A stretch of 64,000 nt of DNA from positions 2,499 to 66,498 of the forward strand of contig JAKSPT010000012.1 of NCBI GenBank assembly GCA_024404495.1, in the 5' to 3' direction. The DNA comes from Lachnospiraceae bacterium (lineage in GTDB: Bacteria > Bacillota > Clostridia > Oscillospirales > CAG-272). Each line of letters opens with the position of its first letter. Within the stretch, counting starts at the first letter, position 1. The position numbers and the translations under genes were made by a program. The notes under the pieces are model-generated. The model was not told where the DNA came from and ran no database searches. It saw nothing but the letters and a program-made list of their open reading frames with translations. Below, piece after piece: positions 8,501 through 14,901 of the stretch.

Positions 8501-9296
8501 CAAGGAGATCGTTCTGTACCGGTACGAGATCCAGCCCGATATGGCAAAGAACGATCAGGCATACGCCGCAGGCGTGAAAACCGTTCTTTACTCGCAGGGC
8601 AGCGAAAAGAAATACGAAGTCACGCTCTCGAAGGAACTCAGCGTCAAACCGGGCGAGTTTTACCGCGTCGAGGTCCTCACGGGTTCCTACGACAATATCG
8701 CGTTCTCCAACCCGATCTGGATCGCGTCCGCGACCGATTCCTTCTCCTTCACGAACAAGGTTGAGAAGTTCGCAAAGGGCGAGCACCGCGTGATTTCCTG
8801 GTCCGTCGCCAATCTCTACGATACTCCCCATCTTTCCTCCGCTTCCGAATACGTTTCCGCTTTGGATAACGGCAGAATCGAAGTCGCCGCCAACGCGCCC
8901 GACGGTTACTACGTCGTGACCGCAAAGACCGAAAGCGGAAAGAACGCGGGCGTCATCATTCAGGTCGGCAATCCTTCGGGTGCTCTGCCCGAGATCGTCT
9001 TCCCGGATGATCCCGGTACGCCTGACGTTCCGGATATCCCGGAAGTCCCCGAAACCGACGCGCCGGAGACCGACGTTCCCGAAACCGACGCGCCGGAGAC
9101 CAAAGCACCCGGGACCGACGCTCCCGAAACCGAAGCGCCCGGAACCGAAGCCGAAACGAAGGGCGGAGACGAGACCCAAAGCGGCAGTAAAGACGACGGT
9201 AAGCCGAATATCGGTCTGATCGCCGGGATCGCCGCGGGCGTGCTTGCGGCAGCAGCAGCCGCCCTCCTCCTTCTGAAAAAGCGCAAGGCAAAATAA
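5586..9296 (+). CDS. Large secreted, C-terminally membrane-anchored multidomain protein with PHP-family (CehA/McbA-like) metallohydrolase domain
   Basis: Signal peptide MKRTLSLFLSFLMLIGCIAPLTAFA. Two paralogous ~160-aa N-terminal modules (FLHFWFYIADAS / FLHFWFYISDAS, GWNEYLIP / GWNEYLLP, NYFRMY / NYFRFY). A CARDB-like module. PHP motifs YYSADCHSHSTVSDG, YTADHN, LAHPF, GNSDAHE, NPIWI. Then an acidic ETDAPETD stalk, a TM helix IGLIAGIAAGVLAAAAAALLLL and a KKRKAK tail. Confidence 0.8.
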   Translation: MKRTLSLFLSFLMLIGCIAPLTAFAADPAAVTLHACDAASGFTAKSATLTPQTGTYHGEANQTALMGKGTPGTIQLIASWSPVDLSAYKPSELFLHFWFYIADASAKNGGGQIELTSSGTSDKEELNWYTNDFSLVDGWNEYLIPFEFGNDTGLNFSGLNYFRMYLKLGKEVDIGMDQIEILIQKDEEAADSSSVHVISKCDKATDVSTGLVQLSPKEVTLPDGTKSTALMGDRPQSDKTETISVRFSAMDLSEYPDEDIFLHFWFYISDASAYKSNTQIELCSGGNCDIEEAHWWTSYYPYKTGWNEYLLPLSKADFSSSTTGVPFNKSHVNYFRFYFTLSKAVTIGIDNIEVLTVHQQSYEERFDNGTGGLTAAGASLSAANGKLKVAMQNASAVIGKDVPLNTLRPGTGVVSFDLSPADAVTGGEVRILDANGRKAVYAFSSANFKSGRFHSFLSDTTSRDDGFSFGDASRFEIELKGKQGASVEIGTIRVMDVSEELNNRIIDVSGELTFNTLDTCAPVVEGIRADFDRLVNMINFNPDNLATDYVPSYFVLQNMEKEIAAYRDAKKNGLLTTVTTDRQVLTSGEPIRLTLNLQNIGSGALNDLKYEITYNDLYLKLTSGNEKGSVSVAAGKDGAVTFGFSALTGGVSDVTVKVTDAAGKKLAEHKVRLTVDGVGYYSADCHSHSTVSDGSPTLAHNFRSAYEKGMAFIYTADHNATLANNYDVAAADQIMKDSGYADFLTVKGSEITVYDANGHLLKYNCNIDFSTLPTGITDADKALWQEIMTKIVEDGGYAYLAHPFHLWYNFPGLTSGEMAALGKNGYSTWANGGWLTARDKDFYRPADGIRYYHGYTGVEIMNWMKGEEKYHSEAVLEYWDRMNILGEKKYYGIGNSDAHETKNIAMNYNTFLLNELTEEEIHNALGNGRLYVTNGPEMRMTLDGKTFGQTVIVGGTESKTLKLTAKTSGLPIKEIVLYRYEIQPDMAKNDQAYAAGVKTVLYSQGSEKKYEVTLSKELSVKPGEFYRVEVLTGSYDNIAFSNPIWIASATDSFSFTNKVEKFAKGEHRVISWSVANLYDTPHLSSASEYVSALDNGRIEVAANAPDGYYVVTAKTESGKNAGVIIQVGNPSGALPEIVFPDDPGTPDVPDIPEVPETDAPETDVPETDAPETKAPGTDAPETEAPGTEAETKGGDETQSGSKDDGKPNIGLIAGIAAGVLAAAAAALLLLKKRKAK
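9048..9160 (+). repeat. In-frame ~30-nt tandem repeats encoding the acidic Pro/Glu/Thr/Asp stalk
   Basis: cccgaaaccgacgcgccggagacc occurs twice (starting at 9048 and 9078) and is followed by degenerate copies. Encodes PETDAPETDVPETDAPETKAPGTDAPETEAPGTEAE. Confidence 0.8.
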
Positions 9297-9305
9297 ACCG
9301 TCATA

Positions 9306-9337
9306 AAAAAACATCCCCACCCGGGGATGTTTTTTAT
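9306..9337. terminator. Bidirectional rho-independent terminator
   Basis: aaaaacatcccc-accc-ggggatgttttt hairpin between convergent genes. Confidence 0.7.
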
Positions 9338-9343
9338 GATAAT

Positions 9344-10120
9344 TCAGTTTCCTCTTTCGACGCTGATCGAATAGAAGGTGCCGAGGAGGTCGTCGACCGT
9401 CGTTCTCTTCTTTTCCTCGCCCTTGATGTCGATGATCGCCTTGCCCTCGTGCATCATCACGAGGCGGCTGCCGTACTCGACGGCGTAACGCAGGTTGTGC
9501 GTCACCATCAGCGCGGTCAGATTCTTTTCGCGGACGATGCGGTCGGTGAGGATCATGATCGTCTCTGCGGTCTTGGGGTCGAGCGCGGCGGTGTGTTCGT
9601 CAAGGATCAGAAAGTCAAGCGGGGTCATCGTGGACATCAGAAGCGACATCGCCTGCCGCTGCCCGCCCGAAAGCGAACCGACGCGGACGTGCATCCGGTC
9701 CTCCAGACCGAGCCCGAGGGGAGCGAGCATTTCGCGGTAGCGCTCCTCCGCTTTCTTTCCGACGCAGAAGCCGAGTCCGAACGGTTTTCCTTTGTTCTCG
9801 GCAAGCGCCATGTTTTCCAATACGGTCATATTGGGGCAGGTGCCGAGGGTGGGATCCTGATAGACCCGTCCGATCGAGCGGTAACGGATGAAATCGTGTT
9901 TTCCGGTCATATTCTTCCCGGCGATCACGACCTCGCCTCCGTCGATCGGCAGACTGCCGCAGATGATATTGAGCATCGTGGTCTTGCCCGAACCGTTGGA
10001 ACCGACGATCGAGATGAATTCCCCCTTCTCCATCGAGAAGTTGAAATCGTCGAAGAGGACGTTTTCGTCCACGGTACCGGGATTGAAGACCTTTCTGACG
10101 TGATTCAGCGAAAGGATCAT
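9344..10120 (-). CDS. ABC transporter ATP-binding protein (third gene of the T-box-controlled importer)
   Basis: 258 aa. Walker A GSNGSGKTT, signature LSGGQRQ, Walker B FLILDEHTAALD. Confidence 0.85.
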   Translation of the reverse strand: MILSLNHVRKVFNPGTVDENVLFDDFNFSMEKGEFISIVGSNGSGKTTMLNIICGSLPIDGGEVVIAGKNMTGKHDFIRYRSIGRVYQDPTLGTCPNMTVLENMALAENKGKPFGLGFCVGKKAEERYREMLAPLGLGLEDRMHVRVGSLSGGQRQAMSLLMSTMTPLDFLILDEHTAALDPKTAETIMILTDRIVREKNLTALMVTHNLRYAVEYGSRLVMMHEGKAIIDIKGEEKKRTTVDDLLGTFYSISVERGN

Positions 10121-11061
10121 ACCTGCTCCTCCTTTCCGTTTTCCTTTTTCTTTTTTGCGGGAAGGCGGATATAGGCTGCCGCAAGAACGAGGAGGAAGAG
10201 CGCCGCGGTCACGAGGTTCTTCACGTTGGCGTCTGCGTTCTTGAGCGCGAGCGCGACGCAGAGGTTATAGGTCACGGCGCCGATGACGACGGCGGTCGTG
10301 GGACGGAGGAACCGGATCTTGCCGAACAGATTGATGCCGATGACGACGGCGGCAAGCCCGATGACCATTTTCCCGGTCCCGTCGGTCAGATTGAACGCCT
10401 TGTTGTACTGCACGTAGAGCGAGCCGCTGAACGAAACGAGAGCGTTGGCAAGCATCAGCCCGAGGATCTTCATCGTCCCGCCGTCACGGGCGAGGAGCGA
10501 CACCAGACGCTCGTTGTCGCCCTCCGCGCGGAGGAGATAGCCGAGCTTGGTACGGAAGAAAAGGTCCATCAGGATCTTGAGGAGAACGATCAGCAGGAAC
10601 AGAAGGATCAGCACCCGGTATTCCCGGAGGAACGAGAGGGGCGCCTCGTCGCCGCGCGCGGCGCCGAACAGACCCGATACGGTCGGATTGACGAAAAGGG
10701 TCTTCATTCCGGTCGAGGTCGTGATCGGGAGGTTCGCCTTCCCCGCGATGAGGAAGTTGACCGAATACAGCCCGGTCATCATGATGATTCCGGCGAGCAG
10801 GTCTCTTACCTTCATCTTGACGTGGATCACGCCGGTGAGAAATCCCGCCGCCGCGCCCGCGAGCAGGGACGCCGGCATAGCGATAAGAGGCGAAACGCCC
10901 TTTGTCAGCAGCACCGCGGTCACCGCCCCGCCGAGCGGGAAGGAGCCGTCCACGGTCAGATCCGGGAAGTCGAGGATCTTATAGGTGATATAGACGCCGA
11001 GCGCGAGGATGGCAAAGATGCCCGCCTGCTCGACGGCGGAAAGCAGAAACGAAAGGTTCAT
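10117..11061 (-). CDS. ABC transporter permease (branched-chain/BPD_transp_2-like)
   Basis: 314 aa, polytopic. 4-nt overlap with the ATPase gene. Confidence 0.8.
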   Translation of the reverse strand: MNLSFLLSAVEQAGIFAILALGVYITYKILDFPDLTVDGSFPLGGAVTAVLLTKGVSPLIAMPASLLAGAAAGFLTGVIHVKMKVRDLLAGIIMMTGLYSVNFLIAGKANLPITTSTGMKTLFVNPTVSGLFGAARGDEAPLSFLREYRVLILLFLLIVLLKILMDLFFRTKLGYLLRAEGDNERLVSLLARDGGTMKILGLMLANALVSFSGSLYVQYNKAFNLTDGTGKMVIGLAAVVIGINLFGKIRFLRPTTAVVIGAVTYNLCVALALKNADANVKNLVTAALFLLVLAAAYIRLPAKKKKENGKEEQV

Positions 11062-11082
11062 GGTGTCTCTTTTCCGAAGATA

Positions 11083-12072
11083 TTATTTGCCGTAGGTCAG
11101 AGCGTCGGTCGCGCGGGCTTCCTGCTCTTCGGTGAGGGTCAGACCGGACTTGGCGAGCGCGTCGCGGTTGACGTAGAGGAAGTGCTCGGTGACCGTCTCG
11201 AACTTGATGGCGGAAGCCTTTTCGCCCTTCAGGATACGGGCAGCGATCTTGCCGGTCTGGATGCCGAGCTCGTAGTATTCGAGACCCTCCGCGGCAACGC
11301 AGCCCTTCTTGACCTGCTCGACCTCGGAGCCGAAGATCGGCTTGTTGCCGTGCTCGGCGGCGATATCGAGCATCTGGGTGAGGCAGCCGACGACGGTGTT
11401 GTCGGTCAGGTTGGAGAAGCAGTCGACCTCGTCGATGATCGCGTTCATCGCGACGGGGAGGTCGGAGGCGGAGGTGATGCCGCGCTCGACGATCTCAAAG
11501 CCGTACTTTGCGGCAAGGTCCTTATAGACCGAGATGGCGTAGAGCGAGTTGCTTTCGGAGGTGGTATAGAGGATGCCGATCTTCTTTGCTTCGGGCATCA
11601 GACCGCGGATAAGCTGAAGCTGTGCCTCAACGGGAAGCATATCGGAGGTGCCGGTGACCTCTCCGGTAACGAGATTGGAGCCGGTGGGATCGGTGACTGC
11701 GGTGAAAACGACCGGAATGCCGTCCTCCTCTGCGCAGGAAGCGGCAGCCTGCGCGATCGGGGTGGCGATGGCGCAGATGAGGTCCGCCTTGTCGGAAACG
11801 AACGCCTGATTGATCGTGGTGCAGACGGCACCGTCGAAGCTGGCGTTCTTATAGTCGATAACGATGTTTTCCCCGTCGATGAAGCCCTCCTGCTTCAGTC
11901 CCTCGATAAAACCGAGGCGGCAGTTGTCGAGCGATTCGTGCTCGCCGAACTGACCGATGCAGACGCGGAGCTTACCGTCGTCCTTTCCGCCGTCGCAGCC
12001 GGTGAGGACCGGAAGGATCGTGAGTAGGCAGACGAGAACGAGAAGGATTGCGGTTTTTACGGTTTTTTTCAT
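11083..12072 (-). CDS. ABC transporter substrate-binding lipoprotein (ABC_sub_bind/DUF534-like)
   Basis: True start MKKTVKTAILLVLVCLLTILPVLTGC (lipobox LTGC) at 12072. The 101-codon N-terminal extension in track ORF 11083..12375 runs through the T-box leader and is rejected. Confidence 0.8.
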   Translation of the reverse strand: MKKTVKTAILLVLVCLLTILPVLTGCDGGKDDGKLRVCIGQFGEHESLDNCRLGFIEGLKQEGFIDGENIVIDYKNASFDGAVCTTINQAFVSDKADLICAIATPIAQAAASCAEEDGIPVVFTAVTDPTGSNLVTGEVTGTSDMLPVEAQLQLIRGLMPEAKKIGILYTTSESNSLYAISVYKDLAAKYGFEIVERGITSASDLPVAMNAIIDEVDCFSNLTDNTVVGCLTQMLDIAAEHGNKPIFGSEVEQVKKGCVAAEGLEYYELGIQTGKIAARILKGEKASAIKFETVTEHFLYVNRDALAKSGLTLTEEQEARATDALTYGK

Positions 12073-12118
12073 GGCGTATTCCTTTCTTTCCGAACGGAAA
12101 TGAAGATATGTGAGACGG

Positions 12119-12390
12119 AAAAACAAAAAATCCCGTCTCGATTCTTTCATCGGGACAGGAAAGCTTCCTGCGGTGCCACCCTGATTTCGCCTTGCGGCGC
12201 GCTCGTCGCGTACAGTCATACGCTCTCCGCGATAACGGTCGGAATCCGTCTCCCCTACCGGACCTTCGTCCATCGGTTTGCCCTCGTCAGCCCATTCGGA
12301 AAGCCCATCCCCGCCGCGATCGCACCGCCCGCGGCTCTCTTGAGGGTACCTGACCTTCTTACTCTTCTGACTCATCGGTTTCTTTTGTTT
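12119..12390 (-). promoter_or_regulatory. T-box riboswitch leader with probable Trp (UGG) specifier and intrinsic terminator
   Basis: Minus strand contains, in order: a GAUGAG K-turn-like start; AGAGAG; GGUGCGA distal-loop motif; GAA-UGG-G specifier loop (UGG = 12294..12292); T-box AGGGUGGCACCGC (12182..12170); terminator CCUGUCCCGAU-GAAAGA-AUCGAGACGGG (12159..12132) followed by AUUUUUUGUUUUU. The 5' arm of the terminator overlaps the 3' strands of the antiterminator. Confidence 0.8.
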
Positions 12391-12395
12391 TCAGC

Positions 12396-12424
12396 ATTAT
12401 AACACGCCGTTATTTTATTGTCAA
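12396..12424 (-). promoter_or_regulatory. Sigma-A-type promoter of the T-box/ABC importer operon
   Basis: Minus strand: TTGACA (12424..12419), 17 nt, TATAAT (12401..12396). Confidence 0.65.
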
Positions 12425-12451
12425 GACGTTTCCGAAAAATTTTTGTCCTTC

Positions 12452-12480
12452 TTGACAGAAAACGGGGATTGTGATACCAT
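12452..12480 (+). promoter_or_regulatory. Putative promoter (extended -10) for the lipoprotein-namZ operon
   Basis: TTGACA (12452..12457), 17 nt ending in TGa, then TACCAT (12475..12480). Confidence 0.4.
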
Positions 12481-12510
12481 ATAAGAAGAAAAATAACGGA
12501 GATAACGGTT

Positions 12511-12912
12511 ATGAAACGTCTTTTCGGCATCCTCCTCGCCCTGCTTCTCTGCTTTCCCCTGCTGGCTTCCTGCTCGGAACAGCAGCTCACCTCCCTGACG
12601 CTTGAGCTCGAAGCCTGCGCTTCCTTCACGGTAAAATCGGAGGAAACCGGGGTCGGTTATTCGTTTACCCGCGCCGGCGCGCCGGGCGAATTTGAAACGG
12701 TGCTTTACAATTTTTCCGGCGCGACCTTCACCCTCGGCGTGAAGGAACGCGGCGTTCCCGTGAAATACACGGTGCGGTTTCTCGACGCGGCGGGAAATGA
12801 GCTTTATTCGCTGAAGGTACTGTCCGAATCGGTCGTCGTCTGGAAGGGGTACGAATACGCCTCAACCGACAAGATCGGGCTTTCCTACCTCAATTCCCTT
12901 TTTGACCGTTAA
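12511..12912 (+). CDS. Hypothetical lipoprotein
   Basis: 133 aa. Signal/lipobox MKRLFGILLALLLCFPLLASC. Confidence 0.65.
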   Translation: MKRLFGILLALLLCFPLLASCSEQQLTSLTLELEACASFTVKSEETGVGYSFTRAGAPGEFETVLYNFSGATFTLGVKERGVPVKYTVRFLDAAGNELYSLKVLSESVVVWKGYEYASTDKIGLSYLNSLFDR

Positions 12913-12926
12913 AAGAGGCTTAAACT

Positions 12927-14060
12927 ATGGTAAAACTCGGTATTGACAGACACGACGTCTTATCTTCTCTTTTCGCCGGAAAGCGCCTCGGGCTGATCAC
13001 CGGCTCCTCCGGGATGTCCTCCGACCACCGCTACACGATCGACGTGCTGAAGGAATCCTTCGACCTCCGCGCCCTCTTCGGTCCGGAGCACGGCGTGCGC
13101 GGCGTCCTCGGTCCCGGGGAAACGGTGGAATCCAAGGTAGATACCCTCTCCGGGCTTCCGGTTTACAGCCTTTTCGGCAGCGGGACCCGCTGTCCGGACA
13201 AGGAGATCCTTGATACCCTCGATATCGTCGTCTTCGATCTGCAGGACGTCGGCTCCCGCTACTTCACCTACGCCTCCTCCCTCTTCTGTCTGATGCAGGG
13301 CTGCGCCGAAGCCGGGAAAAAGGTGGTCGTCCTCGACCGTCCGAATCCGCTCGGCGGCGATCTTCTCGAAGGCAACACGCACGACGAAAAGCTTCTTTCG
13401 TTTATCGGGCTGACGAAAACGCCGATCCGCCACGGACTGACCATCGGCGAGCTCGGTCTTTATTACAACGGCGAATACGGGCTCGGCTGCGACTATACCG
13501 TCGTTCCGCTCGACGGATGGAAGCGCTCGACGTACTTTGACGAGACCGGGCTTCCCTTCATCAAGGCGAGCCCCAACCTCCCCACCTTCGATTCGGTGGT
13601 GCTCTACAACGGTACCTGCCTCTTCTCGGGCACGAACGTCTCGGAGGGCAGAGGCACGACCTCTCCGTTTTCGGTCGTCGGCGCGCCCTACATCAATCCG
13701 ATCACCCTCTCGGCGGAAGCAAACAGACTCGGTCTGCCCGGCGTTTCCTTCTCCCCGACGATGTTTATGCCGAATTTCTCGAAATATCCCGGTCAGTCGC
13801 TCTCGGGCGTGCAGATCCACGTGGAAAAGCCGCACGAGGTGCGTCCGGTCGAGCTCGGCGTCCGTCTTTTCTGCCTCATCCGGGATAATTATGAAGAATT
13901 TGCGCCCCTTGCGGCAGGGCAGAACGGCATTTACCACGTTGACCGCCTCTCCGGCTCGGACGAGCTCCGCACGGGAAAAAGCGCCGACGATATCCTCGAA
14001 AACTGGGACCGTCAGGCAAAGGCGTTCCGCCCGATCCACGACAAATACCTTCTTTATTAA
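12927..14060 (+). CDS. namZ: DUF1343 family protein (exo-beta-N-acetylmuramidase NamZ-like)
   Basis: 377 aa. LFGPEHG, VFDLQDVGSRYFTY and VLDRPNPLGG are characteristic DUF1343/YbbC motifs. Confidence 0.75.
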   Translation: MVKLGIDRHDVLSSLFAGKRLGLITGSSGMSSDHRYTIDVLKESFDLRALFGPEHGVRGVLGPGETVESKVDTLSGLPVYSLFGSGTRCPDKEILDTLDIVVFDLQDVGSRYFTYASSLFCLMQGCAEAGKKVVVLDRPNPLGGDLLEGNTHDEKLLSFIGLTKTPIRHGLTIGELGLYYNGEYGLGCDYTVVPLDGWKRSTYFDETGLPFIKASPNLPTFDSVVLYNGTCLFSGTNVSEGRGTTSPFSVVGAPYINPITLSAEANRLGLPGVSFSPTMFMPNFSKYPGQSLSGVQIHVEKPHEVRPVELGVRLFCLIRDNYEEFAPLAAGQNGIYHVDRLSGSDELRTGKSADDILENWDRQAKAFRPIHDKYLLY

Positions 14061-14072
14061 GGAGAACCGACT

Positions 14073-14552
14073 ATGAAACGATGCAGAAACTGCGGCGCCG
14101 TTTATCCGGACGAAAAGACGGTATGCCTTGAATGCGGCGAAAAGCTCCCCGAGCCGATGACCGAAGAGCAGGTCGACGCCGAAAACGCGCAGGCGGAGGC
14201 AAAAGCCGCCGTCACGAGAAAGAAATACAACAGAGGCAGCATGGGGATCGTCGCGCGGATTCTCGGCGTCATCGACTTCGCGGGCGCGCTCTTCTTCCTG
14301 TACAGCGGCATCACCGCGCTCGGGCAGAAGAATCAGGGGGAAAAGGTCGTTTTCTCCTTCGCGGGACTTCTGTTTCTCGCGATCGCCGGGATCATCTTTC
14401 TTTTCCCGATCAAGGTCTGGAAAGAGGATTACCGCCACGTTTACGACAGCGGAAAGCAGCATCCGACCGAGGATTATATGATGACCGGAAAGTTCCTTGC
14501 CGGGCTGTTCACCCTGATCGGGCTGTTCCTTCTCTACAATATGATCTTCTGA
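14073..14552 (+). CDS. Zinc-ribbon membrane protein, function unknown
   Basis: 159 aa. CRNCG...CLECG zinc ribbon followed by three hydrophobic segments. Good RBS (AAGGAG). Confidence 0.6.
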   Translation: MKRCRNCGAVYPDEKTVCLECGEKLPEPMTEEQVDAENAQAEAKAAVTRKKYNRGSMGIVARILGVIDFAGALFFLYSGITALGQKNQGEKVVFSFAGLLFLAIAGIIFLFPIKVWKEDYRHVYDSGKQHPTEDYMMTGKFLAGLFTLIGLFLLYNMIF

Positions 14553-14578
14553 TAAAACCGTAAATATGAAAAAAAGCC

Positions 14579-14614
14579 GGGGCTGTTGCATATTCGTGCA
14601 ACAACCCCTTTTTT
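14579..14614 (+). terminator. Rho-independent terminator
   Basis: ggggctgttgca-tattcg-tgcaacaacccc followed by tttttt. Confidence 0.7.
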
Positions 14615-14642
14615 CAGTCGAACCGGAGCAATCCGTTCATTA

Positions 14643-14876
14643 TCAATATTTGCAGAGCAAAAACTCGTAAACCCCGTTGCTGACTTCCGTCATGGCGAAC
14701 GTTTCTTCCTTGCCGTAAACGAAAACCGTGTATACATCGTATTTCCGACCTTTGAAATCAACGCTTTTCCCGGTTGATCTGAAATCGGCAGAAAAAATCC
14801 TGATTCCGAAAAGTACGGACGTCGTTTCCGTTCCCGTGGTTTCCCATTGCCACGACGGAATTTTTGCTTTTTTCAT
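14643..14876 (-). CDS. Small hypothetical protein (77 aa) downstream of topB
   Basis: AAGGAG RBS 6 nt before the ATG. No recognisable motif. Lies in a locally AT-richer stretch. Confidence 0.5.
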   Translation of the reverse strand: MKKAKIPSWQWETTGTETTSVLFGIRIFSADFRSTGKSVDFKGRKYDVYTVFVYGKEETFAMTEVSNGVYEFLLCKY

Positions 14877-14901
14877 GCTCTTCTCCTTTTGTTCGGAAGG
14901 A

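Noticed and set aside
7338-9320. 660-aa minus-strand ORF inside the 1236-aa surface-protein gene
   Set aside because: Antisense GC-rich artefact: no motifs, no RBS, and the sense frame has clear PHP-domain signatures. For the same reason I rejected 12960..14591, 17184..18608, 19681..21456, 24782..25945, 25950..26906, 33760..35112, 37601..39373, 40070..42493, 44697..45941, 49404..50849, 51593..52903, 53103..54980, 55534..56694, 56714..58237 and 61867..63942.
12073-12402. N-terminal 101-codon extension of the binding-protein ORF (11083..12375) and + ORF 12100..12402
   Set aside because: This region folds as a T-box leader with a terminator. The lipoprotein signal peptide starts at the Met at 12072.
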